Assembly (NCBI GenBank): GCA_051294375.1
Contig: CM119266.1
Location: 26,835,932-26,899,931, forward strand
DNA: 64,000 bases
Origin: Paraspadella gotoi
Lineage: Eukaryota; Animalia; Chaetognatha
Direction: 5' to 3'
Made by a program: the position numbers and the translations under genes. Below are positions 42,465 through 52,768 of the stretch, piece by piece (position 1 is the stretch's first letter; each line of letters starts with the position of its first letter). The notes under the pieces are model-generated. The model was not told the origin of the DNA. It was given only the letters and a program-made list of their open reading frames with translations, and ran no database searches.

Positions 42465-45084
42465 TCTATTCTCTGCCCTTTTGTCAATATTTCTAGGGCT
42501 TTAGCGTGAAAAGCTATGGCGATGTCAACGAAGTGTTGGAGCGTCGACTGGAGATCCTCCAACTTTCGTCGCTCGAACTCGACGAGAGAGTCGGCCATCA
42601 ACAGCTCCACTTCCTTCGTGTTTGCCGTCGCCTGGATGGGCGAAGGAAAATTCATTTTCAAAGTCCATTTCGTTGTGCGAAGTTTACTTTAAGTTTCATG
42701 CTAATTCGAAGGAGAATTTTAAACCTGTCTCAATTCTTCTCGCGCTTGCATAATGAGATTCTTGTTAGTTGGATTTTTGTCGCGAATTCTTTGCAGATGC
42801 TGATATTTGGACTTTTCTCTATTTAGTATTCCCACATGATCTCTGAAAAAAAATTCAACGAGACAACTTATTTCAATCAAATTAGTAACAAAAAGTAATA
42901 ACAATAACTACTGTGGCAGCGCTACTTAAAACTGCATCGTCTCAATGGCTGAGCAGGCTAAATCATGTCTATTCAACCGTGCGTCCCGATTTCAATCCCT
43001 GGGTGTCCCGGTTCTGGCTTAAATTTGACGGAGCCGTTTTAAACATGCCAGTAGGTATGATACCCCGCGCTCCCGTTGCCATACTACGATGTTTCAAACC
43101 TGAGATCATCTTTGGCATTGCGACAAACGGCTTCGTAGTTCCGCATTGGAGCCAAGACCAAACTCTCTAGTCTCCGGACGCGAATCTCTCGAAAGTCCTC
43201 GACAGCGGCGACGTTCTCGGCGAGGCGCTGCAGGGCGACGCCTGTGGAGGCGTTGACTGTTTCGGCGCGAGAGAAGGCGAGGAGGATGGCGCCGAGCCGG
43301 TCGCCCTTGTCACGAAGCTTTGATCGTTCCAAAGGAAGATGAAACCATGTCTTATTCATCAAAAACATTTTCAAAAACATATCTTTTTAAGTCCTATTTT
43401 AAAAGAAAGAAAAGTATATCATCAATATGTATTAAAAAATATTATACATGGTGACAATTTTACAAGCGCCGGTAAAAAAATGTCATTCTATTTAGATTTG
43501 AAAGGGCTTTCAGAAGATAATAATATTAATATTATTTTATTTCAAATTTCTTCAGAAAACTTACTGAAAGTAAGATTTTAAAAGCCAACTTTCTCCACTC
43601 ACTGTCTAGGCATATCTTAACTGATCAATATAAAATTTGAACATATAAATTACTTTAATATTCTCTACTCAACTAATTTTAAAATCAATGAATTAACCAC
43701 TGGTTTGCAAATGACAGCGTTTTTTTACCGGCGCTTGTAAAATTGTCACCATTGTACATTAATTTTAATAAATATTGAAAATAGTGTATAAAAATAGGAT
43801 CTTAACTGCAATTATCCTAGTATCACGTTATAATCGATTGTAGGAGGTAGAGTGATAGAATAGAAAGAAATTAAATTCTTTAGCAGTTGGCAACCTTTGC
43901 CTGTTCCTTGGCTTCGTCGGCGAAGCAGCGGCACATCTTGCCGAAAAACTCGTCAACGACGTCGACGCGGCTCCGCGTGAACTTCGTCTGCTCCTCGCTG
44001 CTCTGAAGTCGCCAGTGGCTGCAGAGGGAAGTGTCAAGACCGAGGAGGCGGTGGCGACGTCGGAAAATGGATGAAGTGGAGGCCGAGGCTTGCTTTGATG
44101 AGGAGGGGGAGCCGGCCGAAGGGAAGTGACTTTTGGATGACGTCGGCGATTTGTCGCCCTAGTTTGCGTAATTAAAACCATTATAACGAATAAAGTATGA
44201 AAACCAAGTCTTCTACCAAAATTGACACGTGCCTGTCGCCATTTTTTCAAAGCGCTGATTAAGGGCGATCCGGTCGACGTCGAGAGAGGGGCTGACCGCG
44301 GCGCGACGCTTTCGCTGCGAACGCGACGACGCTGAGTTTGTGAGACCAGCGCCGATTCATCGAGAGACTTTGAACGTCGCTCCAGCGTCTGCGATCGAGA
44401 CGGTTGTCTCATCGGACGTTCCGTGTTCTTTGGTCGTTGTTGTCGCGGACGTTCGTGTGGTTCTTCCTGTTTACCGAGAGTTCTTTGAGGAGTCATCGTC
44501 CGCTGAAGAACCGAAAACTCTTTGCCAAGAAAACTTTCGTATGTGAATTGAGCGTCGTCCTCCACCAAGTTACGGATAATTGGGACTGGCACTTTCCTTT
44601 AAAAAAGTAACAATATCGTCCACGTTTCATTGAATTTTATTTTATTTAACTTTTTAACTTTCTTACTTGGATCCGCCTTCACTCTGATCGCCGCAATTGA
44701 AAAAGTTGAACTTTTTGTTCGCAAACATTTTTTTTGTCGTTTTTTCTTGATTTGGTAGATTTTTTCGGAGTATCTTCAACTTGTATTACTAACTGCTACG
44801 ATTTATTTAATTACACACAAAATTTCGCGTCGATTCTCACTTTATTTTTTAGTATTAATGATGATTTAAAAGTATTAACAACGAAACCGGTCCATTATTG
44901 CAAGTTAAAATTGTGAATTTGGATTTCTTCAGGTGACTTCGACATGCTGCTGCCGCCGCCCTATTCGCCTCAAGCCATCGGGGTCACCGTCACTTACGCC
45001 GTAGCTACGGACGCCGCGGAAACGACGATCGGTGACGCCACTACGATGGTGACCGCCACGGCACCACCGGCGGCGCAAATTTGA
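24627..45084 (+). CDS. Type I membrane receptor, CUB + LDLa + TM + PPxY tail (MIG-13/LRP12/LDLRAD-like); 5' exons not located. Exons 24627-24762, 25158-25295, 30737-30790, ~36158-36267 (5' part scrambled), 36764-36915, 40633-40752, 44933-45084
   Basis: CUB C-terminal half: RYMTLRYQSN...GFKAVLT. LDLa: CSMSNHKCENGLCIDDDLTCDQINHCGDNSDE. TM: VGAVVGFVVLVILLVILIVSVIACCLC. Tail contains PPAY and PPPY. Splice phases are compatible wherever both ends are visible. Confidence 0.7.
27878..29078 (-). CDS. 237-aa protein with two ~60-aa tandem domains, an acidic linker and a C-terminal coiled coil; exons 29078-28946, 28759-28517, 28215-27878; nested antisense in a receptor intron
   Basis: Three exons join in phase 1 with canonical gtaag/gtcag donors and cag acceptors, giving an open ATG-to-TGA frame. 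The repeats AKWNEKGATISAKNAVKEF... and AKWTDKGATISEKNAVTEF... are 36/60 identical by hand alignment. Confidence 0.8.
29553..30420. other. Assembly gap (868 N); other gaps at 1998-2022, 32507-32531, 34578-34762, 35424-35448, 37917-37941
   Basis: N runs; four of the six are exactly 25 N. Confidence 1.
33735..36157. repeat. 709-bp inverted duplication (33735-34443 vs 35449-36157), probable chimera or misassembly
   Basis: The ORF track gives identical translations on opposite strands. The inverted copy begins at a 25-N gap and joins directly into the middle of the TM exon. Confidence 0.9.
36158..39900 (+). repeat. ~1.9-kb tandem duplication (36158-37916 vs ~37972-39900), second copy rich in indels
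   Basis: The TM exon and the YEDSPGLG exon recur at ~37972 and ~38606 with many single-base frameshifts. The copies are separated by a 25-N gap. Confidence 0.85.
41747..44598 (-). CDS. CIBAR1: CIBAR/FAM92 family BAR-domain protein; exons ~44598-44233 (uncertain), 44158-43895, 43317-43100, 42842-42725, 42631-42479, 42118-41747; start not defined
   Basis: The translation QTKFTRSRVDVVDEFFGKMCRCFA..QAKLRDKGD..AVEDFREIRVRRLESLVLAPMRNY..NREKSK..NPTNKNLIMQAREEL..FERRKLEDLQ..F..I.IAFHAKALE follows recalled FAM92A motifs in order. Confidence 0.8.
43447..43754. mobile_element. MITE (~308 bp), TA-flanked, Tc1/mariner-type, in a CIBAR intron
   Basis: ta|CATGGTGACAATTTTACAAGCGCCGGTAAAAAA ... TTTTTTACCGGCGCTTGTAAAATTGTCACCAT(T)G|ta; no ORF. 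Confidence 0.85.
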
Positions 45085-46985
45085 ACACGGACCTACCAAA
45101 GAAAATACTAGAAGTGGAATTGAGGCTTTTTATCATTTGCGACGTCGTGCTTGTCGTTCACGGTTTTTGTCCTTTTGCACGACCAAAATCTCTCTCATTC
45201 CTTTTTAGTTTTATTCTTTTCCTTTTAATCAAATCACGTATAAAACCAACTCGGATGAAACAATCGTCTAGTTAAATATAGGTACAAATTTTAAATTAAG
45301 TTTGATAAGATATGAGCGTTAGTATTTGTATAGCAGGGTCGTTTATAGTACTTGAATAGAGCAAATAAACAAAATTTCTTCTTTATAATTACGTTTTTTC
45401 ATCCTAGAGTTTTGTATTTCCTAACCCAGAGAAATGCTCGTTTGAATAACTGAAATACTGTTATAACGCATTTTGTCTTCGTTCACCGTTTGTATTCGAT
45501 GTTGATACAAAAGTCAATATTCGTCTCATGTTAAGTTTTATGTTATCTTTTGTAAAATAGGAATGTGGAATCTACAATTGAGGCTTGTCCAATTCAAAAT
45601 TAATCTTTGTACTGATTGTAAACTTTAACTACAGTTCAGACTTGGGAATTAGGAATGTTGATATCTCAATATCAATTGTAAATATTACCATAAGAGCATA
45701 AATAATTTATATCTTTCATGTAAAATGTCTTCAAGATCTATTGATATCATTGCCACCGCCTTAACTAATCCATTCCATTCCATTTGCATAAGTAAGAAGT
45801 AAATATTTACTTAGCTAATAAGTAATACTGTAACAAGGCAAATTAAAAAAAATACTTATTTTTACGCATTATTTCTTTCTTCTAAAAATTGTATTATGTC
45901 ACCTAACGAGAGTCTATATAATGCCTCTTTTATTAAAAAATAACCGCAAAGATTCGTTTTTTCTACGCTGTAATAAATTACTCAGTGTTTGCTTTTGAGT
46001 GTTTTTAAATTGAGAATCGTAATTTCAGACTGATATGAATAATAATATCCCAGTGTTTCTATTCTTCCTATTTTTTTCAAAAAAATTAAATTGAGACAAT
46101 CATTAATAACAAAAATCAAGGTTTAGTTACGTACATAACTACATAGTGAAGAGCATTCTGCGAAAATTGCACCAAAAACATTTTTTATAAAAAATTTTAA
46201 AAGGAAATATCAATTGATGTAAAATTTGTGAGTAAGTATTTTTAACCGACAATGCAACCAAACGTTCCCACCCCGTAAAAAAAAAAACTCAAAAGACTGA
46301 AAAGTAAATTTATAAATTTTACTTACAATAAGACTCATCTGGACTAAAATATCATCTATTCTCTCACAAAAATAATTTGTTGGTGCTATACGATACCGGG
46401 GGCCTGGAGAGCTAGCTCGAAGTCCGAACTGTCTACCCGACCAGCAATGTAAGCATAAGTGATACTATAATATACTTCGACCCGGAGTCTGGAGTTTGAG
46501 GTTTTTTTAGTTCAGAGAATGAAACTCTAAACGCGATGTTCTTTTGTCATTTTGGTCCTGAACGCATCCTCTTCTTGCGGAGTCGTTCCCTCTAGTGACG
46601 CCAAAGAAATTAAATGACTCACCCGGGACGTCGGCAAGCTTATTAAAAATTAAAATACTTAAAAAAATTGGGACGCGGAAATTTCCGGGAAAAGTCAACA
46701 TTAGACATTTATTATGGCCTTGCCTCTATTTGCCGTTCTGGCTGAGTATCTTAAAGTACTTTAAATTTTTCAGATTTTTCAGATGCGAGCAATTGTTGAT
46801 ATAATCATGATTCATTGACAAATGTATGCTGCAATCCTTCGCTTCTACTACAAGGAGTGGCTGTAACTGTCTCTGTGAATTTTTCACACTTTATATCTTA
46901 AATTCAAACTTCATGTTCTACACTACAGTACATTTTTATGTAAGTTTGATTAAACCTGTTTCATCTACCAGTATCTGCTTGAGCA

Positions 46986-48413
46986 ATGGAGGATAACAAC
47001 GCCGAAGTCTTCGTTCCCGCGTCAGGATCGCCAAGATCTCGGAGATCCCCTCAAGGCTCGCCAGGGCGCCGCGCAACGAGCGACCCGCTTGTCGTTTACA
47101 AAGCGGTCATCCTCATCGCTGGTCCTCAGAAGGGAACCCGGTTTCGCCCGCTCTCCTTGGACATTCCCAAGCCCCTCTTCCCCGTCGCCGGGCAACCTAT
47201 GATCAAGCATCACATCGAAGCTTGCATGAAAGTCCCCGGCCTGCGGGAAATTCTCATTATCGGCTCCTTTCAACCGGGAGACGCCATCGCCAAGTTCGTG
47301 CAACAAATGCAGCAAGAGTTCCACGTTTCCATCAGATATTTGCAAGAGTACACCTCCCTCGGCACAGGCGGCGCCATCTACCATTTCCGCGATCAAATCA
47401 TGTCCGGCAACCCGGAGGCCTTTTTCGTTATGAACGCCGACATTTGTGCCAACTTTCCACTCGTTGACGTCGTCAACTTCCACAAGAGCATAGCTTCGAG
47501 ACGTTTCGAGGCCGACGGAGCCCCTTCGGACCTCGGCGTCATGACCATTCTCGGAACGGAAGCCACTCCCGCACAGGCCTCCAATTACGGCTGCATCGTC
47601 GCCGACAAGCAAACGCATGAGGTGCTGCACTATCGCGAAAAGCCCGAAACGTTTATCAGCTCCACCATCAATTGCGGCGTCTACCTCCTCAATCGCTCCA
47701 TCTTCGGTCTCATCAAGGAAGTTCTTATCGATAACCAAGACGAGCAATACAGCATGATCGTGGACGGAGTCATCCCCTCGTGCTCTCCCCCGGAGTGCAT
47801 CTCCCTCGAGCAGGATATATTTCCGATTCTCGCTTCCTCCAAATCTTTCTTCGTTTGCACGACCTCTCTTTTCTGGTCCCAGCTGAAAACTCCTTCCGCC
47901 GCCGTTTACGCGAATCGTCACTACTTAAAGTTGTTTCGCGAGCTCTCGCCCGCGCGACTTGCCGCCAGAGGCGACGGCGACTGCGGTCCCACCATCTTCG
48001 GGGACGTGATCATCCATCCAACGGCGAAAGTTGATCCATCCGCGGTTCTGGGACCCAACGTGACGATCAGCGCTGGCGCGGTAATCCACTCGGGGGTCCG
48101 TATCCGGGAGTCGATCGTCCTCGAAGATGCGACCGTTCATGAACACTGCTGCGTTCTTTACACCATCATCGGTTGGCGCGTCGTCGTCGGCGCCTATAGT
48201 CGCATCGAGGGAACCCCCGTTGATCCTGACCCCAATAAACCCTTCGCGAAGATCGAATGCAAAAATCTTTTTAACTCCGAGGGTCAGCTCAATCCTTCCA
48301 TCACCATCCTCGGATCCAACGTCGTCGTGCCCCCGGAGGTCGTCATTCTCAACACCATCGTTCTCCCGCACAAATCGCTGTCTGATTCTTACAAGAATCA
48401 AATCATTCTTTGA
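46986..48413 (+). CDS. GMPPA: Mannose-1-phosphate guanyltransferase alpha (regulatory subunit), intronless CDS
   Basis: 475-aa ORF with KAVILIAGPQKGTRFRPLS.D.PKPLFPVAG.PMIKHHIEAC, LGPNV hexapeptide repeats and the C-terminus SITILG...VLPHKSL..SYKNQIIL typical of GMPPA. Confidence 0.93.
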   Translation: MEDNNAEVFVPASGSPRSRRSPQGSPGRRATSDPLVVYKAVILIAGPQKGTRFRPLSLDIPKPLFPVAGQPMIKHHIEACMKVPGLREILIIGSFQPGDAIAKFVQQMQQEFHVSIRYLQEYTSLGTGGAIYHFRDQIMSGNPEAFFVMNADICANFPLVDVVNFHKSIASRRFEADGAPSDLGVMTILGTEATPAQASNYGCIVADKQTHEVLHYREKPETFISSTINCGVYLLNRSIFGLIKEVLIDNQDEQYSMIVDGVIPSCSPPECISLEQDIFPILASSKSFFVCTTSLFWSQLKTPSAAVYANRHYLKLFRELSPARLAARGDGDCGPTIFGDVIIHPTAKVDPSAVLGPNVTISAGAVIHSGVRIRESIVLEDATVHEHCCVLYTIIGWRVVVGAYSRIEGTPVDPDPNKPFAKIECKNLFNSEGQLNPSITILGSNVVVPPEVVILNTIVLPHKSLSDSYKNQIIL

Positions 48414-49102
48414 AGTGAGAAGACTAAAGCCGGTTTTCATTCGTAAACTATGAAACTTAAAATTTAAAACAATTTTTCGAGGATTCATCTACTAGTCAGT
48501 AGTCTACGCAGTCAAAACAAATTTTTTATCGCGACTTCCAGATTTGCACCGGATATTATGTTATGGAACAGTTAAAAAGCTCATAAATTTTGTAATATAT
48601 CTTCCTTTGTTTGTTTTTGTTTTTTTAGTTTTTAATTATTTTAGGTTTTATACTAAATTATATCGAATTATGGAAAGATTAATTTGGCTCTATTATGTTT
48701 GAGCTTCTTTTGGTATTATGGAACTCACCATATTATTTACGCGATTATTGTTGTTGAAAATAGCGCTTTCGCGGGAGGCGTCATCAAAATGACGATGCCA
48801 TTTGTCTATTACATTCGTGTTTTAAGTCTTAACATACATAAAAATTAAAGTTTTCATGGCACATATCTGAAAAAGAAGGTGTTTGAACAATTCCATAATA
48901 AACAACTAATTGAATGTACTTGAAGATCGCACACATCTCTTAGCCTTTTTTTAATTTAGTCCCTTTAATGACCTTTGAAAAGATGCCGAGGTTTAAATGT
49001 TAATAATAGCTAAATTTGTTTACATTATGAAGCCTATAAAGTTGATTTTCTAATCATAAACCAATTTATTATTTTATTGTTTTCTAGTATATCTTAGCAA
49101 AA

Positions 49103-50362
49103 ATGTCGGGTACTTACGCCAGCAGCGCTAAGGGCTACATCATTTTCACTGGGACTTCTCATCCTGACTTAGCCAACAAAATAGCTAATCGATTGGGGAC
49201 GGGACTAGGGAAAGCCTCAGTCTATCAAAAAGCGAACAAGGAGACAATCGTCGAAATCGAAGAGTCCGTCCGAGGAAAAGATGTCTTCATCATCCAAACG
49301 GGATCCAAGGATCCAAACAACTACATCATGGAGCTCATGGTCATGACGTACGCCTGTAAAACGGCTTCGGCAAAACGCATCGTTGGCGTGATTCCCTATC
49401 TTCCCTACTGCAAGCAGAGCCAGATGCGAAAACGCGGCTCCATCGTCTGCAAACTTTTCGCCGAGATGTTGGTCAGATCCGGTCTGACGCACGTCATCAC
49501 CATGGACCTCCATCAAAAGGAAATCCAAGGCTTCTTCAACGTCCCCGTCGACAACTTGCGCGCCTCTCCTTTTCTCATTCAGTACATCCAGGAACAAATC
49601 CCCGACTGGAGAAACGCCGTCATCGTCGCCCGATCTCCTTCCGCCGCTAAGCGAGCGACATCTTACGCCGAGCGAATTCGGCTTGGCATTGCCGTAATCC
49701 ACGGCGAGAACAAAGAAGCCGAGGCGGACGAGCAGGACGGTCGTCACTCCCCGCCGCCCTTTGACGAGGCGGAAGCGGTGGTGCCTCCGCTCCGTACCTC
49801 CAACCTCGGCCCAGAATCCGCCGCCCCTAACTTTGACGCCATCAACGAGAGAATCCAGCGATCATCCTCGACCCGTACGAGATCCGTTTCGGTGTCCGGA
49901 TGCACCAACGCCTCACGCTCTGAACCCTCCCAGCCCTACCGGCCGTCCCTTGTGGAGCCGGGCAACTTCTTCGCTCCGTTTCCACTACTCGTGGCCAAGG
50001 AGAAGCCGCCCATCAATGTCGTCGGCGATGTGGGCGGCAAAATCGCCATCATCATCGACGACATAGTCGATGACGTCGGCAGCTTCATCGAGGCGGCAGA
50101 GATTCTTAAGGAGCGCGGCGCCTACAAAGTCTACGTGATGGCCACCCACGGCCTGCTTTCAGGAGACGCCCCTCGGAGACTCGAGGAGTCCTCGATAGAT
50201 GTCGTCGTCGTCACCAACACCGTCCCGCACGAGGTTCAGAAGATGCAGTGTCACAAAATCAAGACAGTCGACATCGACGTCATGCTCAGCGAGTCGATCA
50301 GGAGGATTTACCACGACGAGTCCATGTCCTACTTGTTCAGGAATATCTCAGTTGACGATTAA
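49103..50362 (+). CDS. PRPSAP: Phosphoribosyl pyrophosphate synthase-associated protein (PRPSAP1/2), intronless CDS
   Basis: 419-aa ORF with [49 protein letters not shown] and [26 protein letters not shown], all typical of the associated protein rather than catalytic PRPS. Confidence 0.93.
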   Translation: MSGTYASSAKGYIIFTGTSHPDLANKIANRLGTGLGKASVYQKANKETIVEIEESVRGKDVFIIQTGSKDPNNYIMELMVMTYACKTASAKRIVGVIPYLPYCKQSQMRKRGSIVCKLFAEMLVRSGLTHVITMDLHQKEIQGFFNVPVDNLRASPFLIQYIQEQIPDWRNAVIVARSPSAAKRATSYAERIRLGIAVIHGENKEAEADEQDGRHSPPPFDEAEAVVPPLRTSNLGPESAAPNFDAINERIQRSSSTRTRSVSVSGCTNASRSEPSQPYRPSLVEPGNFFAPFPLLVAKEKPPINVVGDVGGKIAIIIDDIVDDVGSFIEAAEILKERGAYKVYVMATHGLLSGDAPRRLEESSIDVVVVTNTVPHEVQKMQCHKIKTVDIDVMLSESIRRIYHDESMSYLFRNISVDD

Positions 50363-50736
50363 AGGCGCGAATGGTCGATCCCAGTCTGAATCTGGTGTCA
50401 TAATTCGGCAGCTTTAAAGTTTAAACCCAAAACCGAAAGCGCTTAATAAAAGATTGACTTCCAACTGATTGCTTAATGCTTAATGCCGGCTTATCATCAG
50501 CTTTGGAAATTATTGTAACCATTTTACTTTTAAGTTGCCTTTACGAAGTAGAGTACGGTTTTGTGATCATTTCTTTTATCATCGATCTAAAAGAAACGAT
50601 CTTTATTTTTGCCTGGCGATTTTTTTCTTGGCCAGTTGGTTTTTCATTTTTGGCGCAATCAAAAATTAAAGTTTGATGGAGATTTTATGATTTTAGACGT
50701 ATAGTTGATGTAATAGTAGTAATATTTACTTTTATC

Positions 50737-52385
50737 TACAGAAGGCTTCATATTACAGAATGAGATACCCGTTTTTTGTAAGAAAACTACTGGATCAAAT
50801 TCATTGAAATTTGGTATGAATGATCCCTAAGTGAATACAAATAGAAATATCGAGGCTAATTTCAATATTTGACCACTGAGCCGACATATGGGCCCCCCGG
50901 GGGGTCACCCATAGGAGAAAAAAATGATTAGATTTTTAAAAAAAAATTTTAAAATTATTTTTGTTATGAACAGTTACACAGACGTTTACTCTTCCATAAA
51001 AACGTATTTATTAGGTACCACAAAATGATTGGTTTACCCTAATTTTCAGCTTCATGAACATCAGCTGTTCAAGTCAGAGGGTCCAGCCCCAGGGACCTGT
51101 ATCTCTTGTCAGGGGTTGAATATCAAAATCATAAATTTCGATCAGGTAGTTTGGTGGGAACAGATTATGGTCACAAAAACGGGTACCTCATTTTATAATA
51201 TGAAGCTTTCTGTACTAGATATAGAATATAGATGTTACATTTCCAGAATGTAAAATTTTAAAATAATGAAATTGGAGTAGCCATTGCCGATAAAATTTAA
51301 ATGCTAATGTATACAGCGTTAAAATAATCTATCATGAGCATAGATTATAGTATTAAAATATTTTTTGTCAAAAATGCTTTCTTCAAATTTTTTGATGGAT
51401 TCTGATAGAGCATAAAAAGTTAAACAAGAAATATAATTACAGCTTTTTCTTAGCAAAAATCTAAAAAAAATGATTAAATCATCGAAAGTCTAAAATATTT
51501 AAAATTCCTCAAAAAAATTTTTGGCCTTTCCTATATATAAACAAATATTAAAAAATTAATTACTAGGGTTTAGAGCCATATAAGAAATTTTGTCCATTGA
51601 AAGTATACTTAACAAGTTTGAGCAAACAATGTCAGATCTGCCCACGATCATTATCGGTAATTAATTAATTAATAATCAAATTATTCAAGTTAATTAATTA
51701 ATTAGGCAATTAATTAATTAAATGATCCCAAATGTTTGTTTTTAGGTTTTTTCGACACTAACCACGACAAAAGCAATGACGACGATAAGAATAATGCCGA
51801 TAATGATTGACTTGATTTATTGACGGATTAATTAATTATTTGATTAATTAATACATCCTGAATTTACATTTGATATAAAAGGAAAAATAAGCATAATCAA
51901 TTAGTGAATCAGGTTTTTTGTTTTTTTACATTTAAACTCATTTCCACTAAGACGATTCCATCGAAACTTGATTTCCAGCTTAATCACACACTTTCCTACC
52001 CACATATCAAATTCAAGGTCAATCGCACCATCCACGCATGAGCAATTGGTGTTCAAATAGTGAAATATATTTTGTTGTTTTTTCCATTTAAACTCTTTTC
52101 CACTCAGACGATTCCATCGAAACTTCATATCTAGCTCAATCACACACTTCCCTACCCACACACAAAATTTCATTCAAATCCATCCATCCAATCACGAGTA
52201 ATTGGTGTTTTTTGCTAAGGTGGGATGGACGGACGGACGGACATCATTTTTTTTGCATAATTTATCATAATTCGATATTCTGACATGATATAAGGGTGTC
52301 CGACAATATTGAGGGGGCGGACCGACGGACCGACAAAGTGAATTATAGAGTAGGGATCTGCTGATAAGCAGATCCGACTAAAAAT
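50737..52385 (+). mobile_element. Composite of non-autonomous transposon remnants with a Helentron/DINE-like 3' end
   Basis: A ~42-bp imperfect inverted repeat (50737-50778 / 51174-51214), a segment shared with 54338-54942, a ~157-bp direct repeat (~51930, ~52087), (GGAC)n at ~52226-52243, and the terminal hairpin GGATCTGCT-gata-AGCAGATCC (52354-52375) followed by GACTAAAAA. Confidence 0.5.
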
Positions 52386-52768
52386 GTAGAAATTTTCGTT
52401 TGATCATTTACTCGCTCTAAATTTTTGACTCGCCCCATTGAGTGCGGCTACCCCTAATTAGAGCTAATAAATATTTTTTTGCGATTATATATTACATTTG
52501 AACAATGGGGGGAGGAAAGGGAGCATCAAAGGAGGAAAACGGTCTTTCTTTGATATAATCAATAATTATTATTCATCATGAACGCTTTTTTTGTTCAAGT
52601 CCTGTGACATTTTTGCAATGTGGAATATGTCTTTGTGATTTCTTGATTAGTTACAAAAAGCGCTTACCTTTCGAACATTCTAGAAAATTATGGCCCTCAT
52701 ATATTTTCGATAATTCAAAGCTCGAATCAGTTCTCTGACATTAACTTTTACTGTTTCTTTAACCGGAT

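Noticed and set aside
44159-44232. Third GC-AG intron (CAG|gcacgt) in CIBAR
   Set aside because: An in-phase GT donor (CGT|gtcaat) lies 6 nt away, so GC use is not required.
46385-46500. Isolated GC-richer island upstream of GMPPA considered as an ncRNA
   Set aside because: No C/D, H/ACA, Sm or tRNA features were recognised.
46677-46686. Palindromic GGAAATTTCC (NF-kB-like) upstream of GMPPA
   Set aside because: A single 10-mer without conservation data is not enough.
47022-49747. Antisense ORFs of 299, 187 and 176 aa over GMPPA and PRPSAP
   Set aside because: They are expected shadows of GAC/GTC-rich codon usage and have no recognisable motifs.
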